From positions 56,413 through 120,412 of the forward strand of contig WAIB01000002.1 in the NCBI GenBank assembly GCA_009873655.1: 64,000 nucleotides of DNA, written 5' to 3'. Shown here piece by piece: positions 9,644 to 19,421 of this stretch; position 1 is the first letter of the stretch, and each line of letters begins with the position of its first letter. The translations under genes and the position numbers were made by a program. The notes beneath the pieces were generated by a model. That model had not been told where the DNA came from and did not search any database. It saw only the letters and a list, made by a program, of their open reading frames with translations. The stretch is from Nitrospinota bacterium (GTDB lineage: Bacteria > Nitrospinota > Nitrospinia > Nitrospinales > VA-1).

Positions 9644-10720
9644 ATGAAAATCACCTTTCTCGCCAGCCAATATGCAAGGATAAGCGGAGGCAACCGCGCT
9701 TTATTTGAATATGCCAACCGTTTAAAAAAAATGGGACATTCAGTTCGCTGGTTCGTCCTTGCCAAGCCAGCTCGTTGGTATCGAATAGATCATTGGTCAA
9801 GGTTTTTGAATAAGAATGTTTCCGTCTTATCGCCGGATGTCATTGATTGGCTGGACAACCAGGTTCCTATCGAGATTCTTTCCATAAATGACGCAAGTTT
9901 GATACCGGACTCGGATATTTTATTGGCCACAGCCTGGCAAACCGCAGATTTTTCCGCTTCCCTTCCCGCAAGCAGAGGGGAAAAGTTTTATTTTGTCCAA
10001 CACCATGAGAGCTTATGGACGCGGGAAAAAAGCAAGGCACAGAAGACATATCATTTGCCCTTCAGAAAGCTGGTGATCTCCACGTGGCTGAAAGATATTT
10101 TAAAAGAAAAATATCAGCAGGAGGCAGATGTTCTGGTAACTCCCGTAAATAAGGAATCTTTTTTCAAGGAAGAAAAAAATGGAAACGCCGGGTCCCGGGT
10201 GTGCATGCTCCATCATGATTATGACTGGAAAGGTTATAAGGATGCGATAGAGGCAGTAAAAATTGTCCGCTCGGAAAATTGTAAAATTGAACCCGTTGTA
10301 TTTGGCGAAAAGCTTCAGGACCCTGCTCCTTTGTTTGAAGAAGCAGGTTTTAAGTTTGAGTACCATTACCGTCCTACCGGGGAAGCCCTCAGGAAGATTT
10401 ATTCTTCTTGCGGTACCTTTTTATGCTCCAGCTGGTACGAAGGTCTGGGAATGCCCGCCATGGAAGCGATGTTGTGTGGTACGGCCCTTGTGACAACGGA
10501 TACAGGAGGAAGCCGTGACTATGCCTTGAATGAAGAAACCGCACTGGTTTCTCCTCCCAAAAATCCAGATGCCCTGGCAAAAAATCTCATCCGGGTTTTA
10601 AAGGATAATCCGTTAAGGCTCGATCTTGCAGAAAAGGGGTACCAGAAAATAAAACAGTTTTCATGGGACTCAAATTGCGAATTTCTAATTGAGTGTTTTG
10701 AAGATTCTTTAAATAAATAA
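9644..10720 (+). CDS. Glycosyltransferase family 4
   Basis: GT-B C-terminal motif EGLGMPAMEAMLCGTALVTTDTGGSRDY. Confidence 0.85.
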   Translation: MKITFLASQYARISGGNRALFEYANRLKKMGHSVRWFVLAKPARWYRIDHWSRFLNKNVSVLSPDVIDWLDNQVPIEILSINDASLIPDSDILLATAWQTADFSASLPASRGEKFYFVQHHESLWTREKSKAQKTYHLPFRKLVISTWLKDILKEKYQQEADVLVTPVNKESFFKEEKNGNAGSRVCMLHHDYDWKGYKDAIEAVKIVRSENCKIEPVVFGEKLQDPAPLFEEAGFKFEYHYRPTGEALRKIYSSCGTFLCSSWYEGLGMPAMEAMLCGTALVTTDTGGSRDYALNEETALVSPPKNPDALAKNLIRVLKDNPLRLDLAEKGYQKIKQFSWDSNCEFLIECFEDSLNK

Positions 10721-11908
10721 ATGGCAAAAAAGATTTCTAAAAAGCGATTATTCCTCTTTTCGGCGATACCCCTCTTATTTTTCCTTTTTATTTTGGAGTT
10801 TGGGGTAAGACTGTTTTGGGAATTTGAACCCAATCGGGTCCTCTGTTACCACCCGGTTATGGGGCGAGGCTATTGTCCGGGTACAAAAGGTTTCCTGACC
10901 GAGAATAAGGTAAAGATGCATGTAGAGGTCAATGCGGATGGATTATTAGGAAAAGCTTATCCGGTAAACCGTGTTCCAGGAAAGTATCGAATCGCATTGT
11001 TGGGAGACTCATTCACATCTGCAGAAGCAGTCAGCCCGGAAGAGAAATTTGCCGGAGTTTGGGAAAGGGAATTATCGAAGAAAGTAACCGGAAGCGTTGA
11101 GGTGATCAACTTTGGGGTAGGGGGGACGGGTACCTGGCAACAGCTTCAAATGTTCCATATTAAAGCGCTCAAATATAAACCGGATCTGACGGTTGTGGCT
11201 TTTTGCTGGTGCAACGATGTTGGCAACAATATTGATAAGCTTAAAAGCGGAGACATGAATCCGCTTTTAGATGAATATGATGTCGGATGGTTCAAACGTT
11301 TGCAGGTAAAACGGAAAAATTTTAATAAATGGCTGTGGAATAATAGCGGCTTGTATCAGTTTGCACGGACCAAATACAACCACCTGGAGCATTATTTTAA
11401 AAGAATGTTTTTGCCGGATTATATGAAAAAAGTTCACTCTGAAGAGAAGAAGAAATCTGAAAGTGAAAAGGCAAACCAAAAAGAAGTTGCATCGAAAAAG
11501 GTGGATAACAAAAAATCAAGCCCCCCTGAATATAAAAAGGACACGGTTTCCATATTTGATGATTTGTTTTTCTTTGACTCGGAAGGTTGGGATATAACAA
11601 GAAAGCTGTTTTTGAAACTCAAGCAGGAGGTCAGGAAAAATGGAGGTGAGCTTGCGGTAATCCATTTTGGAGGTTTTCACCAGTATCGTAACTTTCCTGT
11701 TTTGCCGGTAAAACAGTTCGATGAATTTCTTGAATCGGAAGGAATAGCCCATTTCAACGCTTTTGACCTGTTTATAAAAATCGACGATGAATTTTTACCC
11801 GAAAACTTCATTCCAAACGATGGTCATTTCAGCAAAACGGGTCATCGCCACTTTGCCGAATTTTCAACTGACTTTCTGGTCAGACTGATTGAGAATGCAA
11901 AGGTTTAA
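10721..11908 (+). CDS. Membrane-anchored SGNH-hydrolase-like protein (putative glycan O-acyl esterase/transferase)
   Basis: N-terminal TM helix. LLGDSFTS (block I), GVGGTG (block II), NDGHFSKTGH (block V-like). The start codon directly abuts the stop of the GT4 gene. Confidence 0.55.
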   Translation: MAKKISKKRLFLFSAIPLLFFLFILEFGVRLFWEFEPNRVLCYHPVMGRGYCPGTKGFLTENKVKMHVEVNADGLLGKAYPVNRVPGKYRIALLGDSFTSAEAVSPEEKFAGVWERELSKKVTGSVEVINFGVGGTGTWQQLQMFHIKALKYKPDLTVVAFCWCNDVGNNIDKLKSGDMNPLLDEYDVGWFKRLQVKRKNFNKWLWNNSGLYQFARTKYNHLEHYFKRMFLPDYMKKVHSEEKKKSESEKANQKEVASKKVDNKKSSPPEYKKDTVSIFDDLFFFDSEGWDITRKLFLKLKQEVRKNGGELAVIHFGGFHQYRNFPVLPVKQFDEFLESEGIAHFNAFDLFIKIDDEFLPENFIPNDGHFSKTGHRHFAEFSTDFLVRLIENAKV

Positions 11909-11970
11909 TTTTTATAAATTTTTTCAAGCACTCCCTTTCCCCGTTATTATTTTATTGAATTAAAGGATCG

Positions 11971-12999
11971 ATGAAAAAAGTATCCGCCATTGTTGTTAAT
12001 TGGAATGGAAAAGGCGTTCTTTCCGGATGTCTGCGTTCTTTACTGGATCAGGATTATGAAGATCTGGAAATATTGGTGGTGGACAACGGGTCAGAAGATG
12101 GATCTCAAGTTCTTGTAAAAAACGATTTCCCTTCCGTCCAGTTAATAGAGAATGAGGAAAATCTGGGGTTTGGGTCCGCCGTAAACAGAGGATTCCAGAA
12201 AGCCAATGGCGAGTATTTTATTTTTTTGAATAACGATCTGGCTTTGCAGTCGGATTGTGTCCGGCAATTAGTCGCATTATTGGATTCTGATCCCACAGTG
12301 GGAGCGGCCATACCCAAGATTCTGTATTATTCAGAATCTGATAAGGACCCGGCGGTAAGAATAAATTCCTTTGGGGTTCTGATTAATTTTACCGGGATTG
12401 CCTGCCCCAACCTGATTGACCAGCCAGACAGGCCTGATTTGCCTCTTACAGAAACAGCATGCGGTGGAATTTTCATGCTTCCGAGGAAAGTATATGAAAG
12501 TGTTGGCGGGTTTGACGAAGATTTATTTTTGTACCATGAAGACCATGATCTTTCGTGGAGAATCAGAATGATGGGGTGGAAACTAATGGTAACTCCGAAA
12601 TCTATCTGTAGCCATCATTATAATTTTAATAAAGGGGTACTGAAATTTTATCGATCGGAAAAAAACAGGCTCCATATTATTTTAAAAAATTTTGAATGTA
12701 AGACTTTATGGTTGATAGCCCCGGCATTAATGTTGGTAGAGATTGCTCAAATTGCACACTCCATTTTTTACGGATGGTTTCGGCTGAAGTTAAAGAGCTA
12801 TTGTGAAATTATGGCCCGGTTTTTAAAGATCAGTAGAAAAAGGAGAAAAATCCAGGCCGCCAGAAAAGTTTCAGATAAGGAAATTGTTAAACTATATCAA
12901 GATACCATTGCGGTCACTGGTTTAAATAACCCCCTGGTAGATTACCTTTTGAATCCAATTTTAAAACTTTACTGGAGTTGTATTCGCGTTTGGATTTAA
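11971..12999 (+). CDS. Glycosyltransferase family 2
   Basis: VSAIVVNWNG...VVDNGSEDGS...FLNNDL...ED(H)D pattern of GT-A family 2 enzymes (rhamnosyltransferase-like). Confidence 0.85.
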   Translation: MKKVSAIVVNWNGKGVLSGCLRSLLDQDYEDLEILVVDNGSEDGSQVLVKNDFPSVQLIENEENLGFGSAVNRGFQKANGEYFIFLNNDLALQSDCVRQLVALLDSDPTVGAAIPKILYYSESDKDPAVRINSFGVLINFTGIACPNLIDQPDRPDLPLTETACGGIFMLPRKVYESVGGFDEDLFLYHEDHDLSWRIRMMGWKLMVTPKSICSHHYNFNKGVLKFYRSEKNRLHIILKNFECKTLWLIAPALMLVEIAQIAHSIFYGWFRLKLKSYCEIMARFLKISRKRRKIQAARKVSDKEIVKLYQDTIAVTGLNNPLVDYLLNPILKLYWSCIRVWI

Positions 13000-14351
13000 G
13001 CCTTTTCTTCCGATGCGAACAGGTTTTCCAGCACTTCCCTTCTATAAATAAATATATTTTCTAAATCCTTCCTGACGAACCAATGAGCAATTATATCTCC
13101 CGGAACCCAACCGGGTAGTTTGTAGAGCACTCTGTCACGAATAACGGTTCCTCCATCCTTTTCGATAAACTCGTGGATGTGATGCCAGAAATAATAGGGC
13201 CCCCTTGTTTGGAAATCAGAAAAACGTTTTCCCGGAATAAATTCTGTGATTTTGGATTGCCAGCGAACGGGAACTCCTCTTATTTTCAAGCTGTAATCGA
13301 GGAGGGTCCCTTCGCGAATGGGAGAGGACGTGACTTTAAGAATTTTAAAGTGCAGGGTTTTGGGAGTCATGGCCTCCAGGTTATGGGCCTCTGTGAAAAA
13401 TTCGAAAATTCTATCGACAGGTTGTGGAATCCATTGCTCCATTATCAGAGTATGGCCCGCTTGATCGGCTATATTTTTCAGAGCATCTTTTATTTTTGGA
13501 TAAATAAACTTAAAGCCTGAATTTTTAATTGAGTCTGTGGAAACCTTTTGACTGTTAATTAGAATTTGAGACATCTCTCCTAAAATTAATTTTAAGACCC
13601 AGGCGGGAACAGGAAGGATAGCGGGTCGTTTCAATGCCTTTGCCAGCGTACTTGTGAATTCCCGATTGGTTACCGGATTCGGACTGACGGCATTGATTGG
13701 ACCTTCACAGGACGGATTTTCAATGGCCTCCATTATTAAATTGGCAAGGTCTCTAACATGGATCCAGCTCATCCATTGGTTTCCGTTGCTGATATTCCCA
13801 CCCAAACCGAGTTTAAATAATGGCAATAGTTTTTCCATTGCCCCGCCATCGGAACCCAGTACCATTCCTATACGGAATGCAACGGTACGGATTTGCAAGA
13901 GTTCTTTCGCCTTGAAGGTTTCTTCCTCCCAGTCCTTACAGACCTTAGCAAGAAATCCATTTCCATTTGGCGCAGATTCATTGGGGACAAGGGTGCTTTC
14001 ATAAATCCCGATTGCAGATGCAGAAATCCATGTTTTTATGGGGTGCTTATTTTTCAGGAAATAGTCAATGAGGCTCCGGGTGGATAAGACTCTTGAATCA
14101 TAGATCAATTGTTTTCTTTTATATGTCCAGCGTCCGCCCGCAATATTTTCTCCGCAAAGGTTGATTACAGCTTCAATGCCTTCCATCAGGGGAATTTTAT
14201 CCCATTCAATTATTTTGCAGGCGACTGGTAAGCGTACGGAGGCCAATTTGGAATCGCGGGTGAGGACAATTAATTCGTGACCTTTATCGGCCAGTAAAGG
14301 CAGCAGTGTTTTTCCTACAAAACCGGTGGCTCCGGTAACAAGGATCTTCAT
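12996..14351 (-). CDS. YfcH/TIGR01777-type atypical SDR fused to a C-terminal SRPBCC (START/cyclase-like) domain
   Basis: N-terminus MKILVTGATGFVGKTLL with the DUF1731-like region. The last roughly 150 aa (EQWIPQPVDRIFEFFTEAHNLEAMTP...) match the SRPBCC ligand-binding pattern. Confidence 0.65.
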   Translation of the reverse strand: MKILVTGATGFVGKTLLPLLADKGHELIVLTRDSKLASVRLPVACKIIEWDKIPLMEGIEAVINLCGENIAGGRWTYKRKQLIYDSRVLSTRSLIDYFLKNKHPIKTWISASAIGIYESTLVPNESAPNGNGFLAKVCKDWEEETFKAKELLQIRTVAFRIGMVLGSDGGAMEKLLPLFKLGLGGNISNGNQWMSWIHVRDLANLIMEAIENPSCEGPINAVSPNPVTNREFTSTLAKALKRPAILPVPAWVLKLILGEMSQILINSQKVSTDSIKNSGFKFIYPKIKDALKNIADQAGHTLIMEQWIPQPVDRIFEFFTEAHNLEAMTPKTLHFKILKVTSSPIREGTLLDYSLKIRGVPVRWQSKITEFIPGKRFSDFQTRGPYYFWHHIHEFIEKDGGTVIRDRVLYKLPGWVPGDIIAHWFVRKDLENIFIYRREVLENLFASEEKA

Positions 14352-14447
14352 TTTTTTATATAAAAACGGTTGTAAGAGCTGGGGTTGATTTTAAAAATAT
14401 TGACATGTAAAAAATAATCTGTACCGTTATTGTTTTAAACAAATTTT

Positions 14448-14693
14448 TTGAAGGAAATCCTCATGGCATATGAAAATTCTCCAATTTTTGTTGACGAAAC
14501 TCCGGGAATAAAACACTACTGTACCTGTGGTGAATCTTCCAATAAGCCTTATTGCGATGGATCCCACAGTGCAAAAGGAACCGGAAAAACTCCGAAGGAA
14601 TTTATGATAGAAGAAGAAAGGCGGTACGTAATATGCGACTGCGGTAAAACGGGCAACTCCCCTTTTTGTGATGGAACTCATTCGAGATCCTGA
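14448..14693 (+). CDS. CDGSH-type iron-sulfur domain protein (two CDGSH motifs)
   Basis: CTCGESSNKPYCDGSHS and CDCGKTGNSPFCDGTHS. Confidence 0.85.
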   Translation: MKEILMAYENSPIFVDETPGIKHYCTCGESSNKPYCDGSHSAKGTGKTPKEFMIEEERRYVICDCGKTGNSPFCDGTHSRS

Positions 14694-14724
14694 ATTGGAA
14701 CTGCCTTTATTGCTTTAAATTGGT

Positions 14725-14767
14725 AAAACCGGCTCTCTTCTGTTTATTCGGAAAATAGCCGGTTTTT
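14725..14767 (+). terminator. Putative rho-independent terminator after the CDGSH gene
   Basis: AAAACCGGCT ... AGCCGGTTTT is a 10-bp inverted repeat followed by a T-run. The loop is long (about 22 nt), so confidence is modest. Confidence 0.4.
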
Positions 14768-14985
14768 CAATTCCTTCCTTTCTTTTCCCATGTATACAAT
14801 ACTGCACGGAGTTACAGGAAACTGCAACTTTCCTCAATCATTTAATCGCTTCTTTTTCAAGCCGTAATTTTTAAAACATTTGATTAATAGTGACTTGGAG
14901 GGTTTATTTTCCCCGGGCATAATTTTGGCAAAACCTTTGCATTATCAGTAGTAACGCCACTACATACTGTATGGAGGTATAAGCC

Positions 14986-15180
14986 ATGTTTTATGATGTG
15001 AAAGTGTTAGATCCCCAGGGACGGATAAAAAAAATCATTCCAAGTCAGGAACTGAGCAGATTGCATTGGAAAGCTTTTAATTTCAATGAAGAAATCAAGG
15101 CCTTGCCGACCAGCAAGAGACCCAAAGTCTCAAGATGGGTAAAAAAGAAGCTGGATATGGAATTCAGGGAGGTCGGATAA
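14986..15180 (+). CDS. Small basic hypothetical protein (64 aa)
   Basis: GGAGG lies 8 nt upstream of the ATG. No recognisable domain. Confidence 0.4.
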   Translation: MFYDVKVLDPQGRIKKIIPSQELSRLHWKAFNFNEEIKALPTSKRPKVSRWVKKKLDMEFREVG

Positions 15181-15228
15181 CCCCGCCAGGTCCAAATGGG
15201 TGATTAGGGGATATGGATGGGAGCGGCT

Positions 15229-16368
15229 TTAAGAAGTTTCAGTTTGCATTAGGCTTTCATAAATTTGAATCATTTCCCGGTTAAGCCTTTCCGGGGGAAA
15301 TTGCTCGGCCAGGTCCCTGGCTTTGTTTCCCATAGTTTCTCTCACAGAAGGATTGAAGAGAAAATTAATGTTTTCAGCAATTTCCTGTGGATTAAAAGGG
15401 TCCGCAACAATAAGTCCATTTTCTTTTGCATCAATAATATTCGCGGCTCCGCAATATTTAGTGGTGATTACAGGTAGCCCGGTTGCCAGAGCCTCCAGGT
15501 TTGCGTTGCCGAAGGGTTCATAAATAGAAGGGAGAACGAACAGGTCAGCTGCTGCATAATATTTTTCAATTTCCGGGTCAGGTTTTTTGGCAATTATCTG
15601 ATGGCGTTTATCGGCAGGCGCAAACTGCAAATACTTTTCAAAGTTTCCTTTTCCCATTAAAAGTAATCTCCAATTTTTATCCTCTAAAAATTCCGTGGAC
15701 TGAAGCAGAAACTGAAGACCCTTCCGTTCAAACCCGGAACCTACGAATAATATCAAGGTAGAGTTTTCAGGAATTGCGAGTTGTTCCCGGATTGATTTGC
15801 GGTAGGCATTTTTGTTTTTGGGATTAAACCGGTTCAGGTCGACACCGTTGTAAACAACTGAAATATTTTCCGGGGGGCATTTGTAATTTTCCAGAATATC
15901 ATCCTTTACCATCTGGGAAATGGCGATTATTTTTTTACATTGACCCGATTCAAAAATATTTTTTTCGAGCCTGAGAATAAGCTGGTGAAAAGGATTTAGA
16001 AAAAGGAAAAGTTTCCTTAAAAATGAAAACTGTTTTCCTCTTTGATTCAGCCATTTTATATGACAGCCATCCCCCGCCCGGTAAACATCCTGCAACCAGG
16101 TTTTTTCATGGCTCTGGACGATATCAAATTGCTGCTCGCGAATTTTTTTCGCAACGGCTCGGGAAAACGAAAGGGTTCTAAAAAAGGCATTGAGGTTTAG
16201 AGTCGGCACATGGTGGTAATGGATATTTTTGTGGTTAGAGGGGGTCCAGTGGTTTGCGAAAATATGTACTTCGTGCCCGGATTCAGCAAGCTGGTTGATA
16301 TATCCATCCGCAAACTGTTCAGCGCCACCATAAAGAACAAATTTCTGTCGAATAATGGCAATTTTCAT
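15229..16368 (-). CDS. Glycosyltransferase family 4, WaaG-like LPS core glycosyltransferase
   Basis: The N-terminus IRQKFVLYGGAEQFADGYINQLAESGHEVHIFANHW resembles WaaG/RfaG. The C-terminal EPFGNANLEALATGLPVITT motif is present. Confidence 0.8.
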   Translation of the reverse strand: MKIAIIRQKFVLYGGAEQFADGYINQLAESGHEVHIFANHWTPSNHKNIHYHHVPTLNLNAFFRTLSFSRAVAKKIREQQFDIVQSHEKTWLQDVYRAGDGCHIKWLNQRGKQFSFLRKLFLFLNPFHQLILRLEKNIFESGQCKKIIAISQMVKDDILENYKCPPENISVVYNGVDLNRFNPKNKNAYRKSIREQLAIPENSTLILFVGSGFERKGLQFLLQSTEFLEDKNWRLLLMGKGNFEKYLQFAPADKRHQIIAKKPDPEIEKYYAAADLFVLPSIYEPFGNANLEALATGLPVITTKYCGAANIIDAKENGLIVADPFNPQEIAENINFLFNPSVRETMGNKARDLAEQFPPERLNREMIQIYESLMQTETS

Positions 16369-16397
16369 TTTGCTAGTGAAAAGATATTTTTAATTTT

Positions 16398-17534
16398 TTA
16401 AGCTTCCAGTGCTTCTTCATAAACAGAGATCGTTTCATTTATCATTCGATCAATACCCAACTCATTTTTGCAAAATACGTATCCCTTCTCTGCAAATTCA
16501 TTTCTCATTTCCGGATTTTCCATTAATTTTAATATCCCATTGGCCAGGTCAACCGCGTTTTTAGGTTCTACCAGGACCCCTCTTTCACCATTGCCCAGCA
16601 ACTGCGGAACGGAACCAACGCGGGTTGCGACAAGGGGAGTTTTCATTGCGAATGCCTGTGGAATTACCTGGGGGGTCCCTTCTCCTGTAAAGGATGCCAA
16701 AACCTGAATATCAAGACCGGTCATTATTTCCGGGATATCATCCCGGTGTCCTAAAAGGGTGAGGTCCTTTTCAAGCCCCAGGGACCTGGCAATGGATTGG
16801 GTTTGTTCAAACCCCGGGCCTCTTCCCACAAATACAAACCTGGTTTCGGGATGTTTTTCCAGAACCAGGGGTGCGGCTTCTAATAAATAGTCATAGCCTT
16901 TCCAACCCCTGATGACCCCGATTTTCCCCACTAAATGCTGACCGGGTTTAACCCCAAGTTCATCTCTTATTTTCCTGCCGTCCGTATTAAAATCAAATTT
17001 TCTAAAATCGACCCCCGCAGAAATGGATTTAACATTTTGGGTTTTAACACCAGAAACTGATTTAACAATTTCAGAAATAGCCTCACCGCTGGTTATGATT
17101 TTTCTAGGGATTTGGGAATACAACAGATTATTCGGGAATGCGCCTTTAATAGGAATAGAAATGTGACGACTGCGGACCACCGGTAAGCCCAGTAATCTAG
17201 ATGCTGACCCTACCAGCCAACTGTCAATGGAGCTATGAGTATGAACAATATCCGGTTTTGTTTTTTTAAGAATCCTTAATACCGCTGAAAATGAAAAAGG
17301 ATTAGCCGGGTTTTTCATTTGCAGGGGATGACAATTGAAATTAGAAGAGCCGACGGTCTGGCATTTTTTCCATAAAAAGCTATCGGGTTGGCAAATTATA
17401 GAAACTCGATGACCTTGCTCAAGCAATAATTCGCTTTCCTGAAAAACCCTTATTTCCTGTCCGCCCCATCCGGAAGCCGATTCGGAGTGAAGAATATGAA
17501 GAGATTTCAAAAAGAAACCTGATTTGATTGACAA
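16398..17534 (-). CDS. Glycosyltransferase family 4
   Basis: GT-B fold motifs (GWGGQE..., EGTPQVIPQAFAMKTPLVATRVGS). Confidence 0.85.
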   Translation of the reverse strand: MSIKSGFFLKSLHILHSESASGWGGQEIRVFQESELLLEQGHRVSIICQPDSFLWKKCQTVGSSNFNCHPLQMKNPANPFSFSAVLRILKKTKPDIVHTHSSIDSWLVGSASRLLGLPVVRSRHISIPIKGAFPNNLLYSQIPRKIITSGEAISEIVKSVSGVKTQNVKSISAGVDFRKFDFNTDGRKIRDELGVKPGQHLVGKIGVIRGWKGYDYLLEAAPLVLEKHPETRFVFVGRGPGFEQTQSIARSLGLEKDLTLLGHRDDIPEIMTGLDIQVLASFTGEGTPQVIPQAFAMKTPLVATRVGSVPQLLGNGERGVLVEPKNAVDLANGILKLMENPEMRNEFAEKGYVFCKNELGIDRMINETISVYEEALEA

Positions 17535-17659
17535 ATTTGGTTATTTGAAGCCGACGGTTAATTTAGCATAACTCCGACGGGAATGTCGATGCCAGCAAAT
17601 CCCTTCATTTTCTTATAATAAAAATAAAGGGGCTTTTATTAAGCTTTGTTTTCCAGGAT

Positions 17660-18340
17660 TTATTTCTTCCGGCATTTCCAGACAAGGTCTCTTCCAAACC
17701 ATGCAATTGAAAGAAAGGCTGATTTTCCGCGGCAACTGGTTAATTCTTCTATTACAAATTCTTTTTCGAGGTATTGCCTTAATAACATAACATTATAGGC
17801 ACGAAGATGGGTTTGGTCGTAATCAATCAAGCGTCCTTTTAAAACACGTAATCTGTTTTTCAGATGATAGGAATTGGGAACAGAACCAATAAACAATCCA
17901 TCCGGTTTTAAAATACGTGATACTTCCGCAATAGTAATTTCAGGATAGGGCAAATGCTCAATTACTTCTCCTGCTACCACAACGTCGAACGAAGAAGGGG
18001 GTATAGGAATTTGCAGACTGAAATCAGCCCATAGGGTTTCAATATTTAAATTTTCCTTGCAGGCTTCTAAAGCTGATTTGTCAATATCCAGACCTGTTAC
18101 TTCATTTTGTTCAATAAAATGGCGGGTCAGTATCCCGTCACGACAGCCCATATCCAGAACCTTTTTATTTGTTCCCATCCATTTCTTAAACAACTGAGAC
18201 CGTTTTTCTTCTGATACCGACTGGTTTCTGCGTTTTCCGCCAATATGGTGTTTAGAATAAAATTCGGAAAGGATTTCTATATTTGGTTTTGAAGATTCCC
18301 CTTCAAATTTTGGAGTTTCTTCTTTTTCTTTCACAATCAA
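17660..18340 (-). CDS. Class I SAM-dependent methyltransferase
   Basis: Motif I VLDMGCRDG, post-I GLDI, motif II VVAGEVIEHL. Confidence 0.8.
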   Translation of the reverse strand: MIVKEKEETPKFEGESSKPNIEILSEFYSKHHIGGKRRNQSVSEEKRSQLFKKWMGTNKKVLDMGCRDGILTRHFIEQNEVTGLDIDKSALEACKENLNIETLWADFSLQIPIPPSSFDVVVAGEVIEHLPYPEITIAEVSRILKPDGLFIGSVPNSYHLKNRLRVLKGRLIDYDQTHLRAYNVMLLRQYLEKEFVIEELTSCRGKSAFLSIAWFGRDLVWKCRKK

Positions 18341-18347
18341 GGCTCCA

Positions 18348-19406
18348 TTATTTATCAGAAAATTCAGGACAAAGCTTTTTTATGCTGTTTATTACATTTT
18401 CAGCGGAGATCATTTCTTTGCACTCGGGTTTGCCATCCCAGCAAACCTGTTTCATGGTTTTAGAGGTACAAGGCCAGCAATCGATTTCTCCATGAAGTAC
18501 AACGCTTTTTTCTCCAAGAGGTTTCCAGATTCTATAATCCGTTAATCCAAAAAGTGCCGCTACGGGTACCCCGATGGCAGAGGCAGCGTGCATATACCCC
18601 CCATTATGACATACTACAAATTTTGCGGAAGCGGTGATTCCAAGAAGTACAGAAAGTTCTGTGGAAATAAAAGTGGAAGGAATCTCCTTTGGCAGACAAT
18701 GAGTTAATTTTTCCACCTGGTCAACCTGTCCAGGTCCACAGGTCAGGATTATGCCTAATTTTAACCGGTTAAAAAAATATTCTGCTATTTCAGCAAACTT
18801 TTCAAATTGCCATTGATCATATTTCCTGGCTCCAGGGTGGATAATGCAAAAAGGTTGATTAGGATCAAAATTTTTAGAGATCAACAATTCATGTCCCCTT
18901 TTGCGCCACTCCTCACTCACATGAACAATGGGCCTGGGGTTTTCAATAGGAACTCCCAATTTGCTTATCAAGGCTACTTGATAATCTATGGGGAGGGATG
19001 GTTTTAGATCCGAAAAATTAATTTTTGTGTTGTATAGATACGAACGTTTCGCAAAAATATTTCCAACTTTGAACTTTGCTCTGGAAAGAAAACACATAAC
19101 GGCACCTCGAGTTCCTTCATGCATATCAATTGCCACATCGTATTTTTTCCGTATTAAATTAAAATAAAATTTAACCTGTGTAAAAAATGATGATTTATCA
19201 AAACAAAGAACTTCATCAACGTCGGGATGGTTTTTTACAATATCATAGGATGCCGACTCTACGAGTACGATAAGCCGGGCCTTGGGTAGGTGCTTTTTAA
19301 TGGGGCCATAAACCGAAGTGTTATTGACCACATCGCCTAAGGATCTTAGTTTGATCAAAAGTATCTTGGCATCGGGTTTGACGTGGTCTTTAATAAGGAA
19401 TTCCAA
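18348..19406 (-). CDS. Glycosyltransferase family 9 (LPS heptosyltransferase-like)
   Basis: KILLIKLRSLGDVV N-terminal motif and C-terminal HNGGYMHAASAIGVPVAALFG. Confidence 0.85.
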   Translation of the reverse strand: MEFLIKDHVKPDAKILLIKLRSLGDVVNNTSVYGPIKKHLPKARLIVLVESASYDIVKNHPDVDEVLCFDKSSFFTQVKFYFNLIRKKYDVAIDMHEGTRGAVMCFLSRAKFKVGNIFAKRSYLYNTKINFSDLKPSLPIDYQVALISKLGVPIENPRPIVHVSEEWRKRGHELLISKNFDPNQPFCIIHPGARKYDQWQFEKFAEIAEYFFNRLKLGIILTCGPGQVDQVEKLTHCLPKEIPSTFISTELSVLLGITASAKFVVCHNGGYMHAASAIGVPVAALFGLTDYRIWKPLGEKSVVLHGEIDCWPCTSKTMKQVCWDGKPECKEMISAENVINSIKKLCPEFSDK

Positions 19407-19421
19407 AATCAGTTTCCTGAA

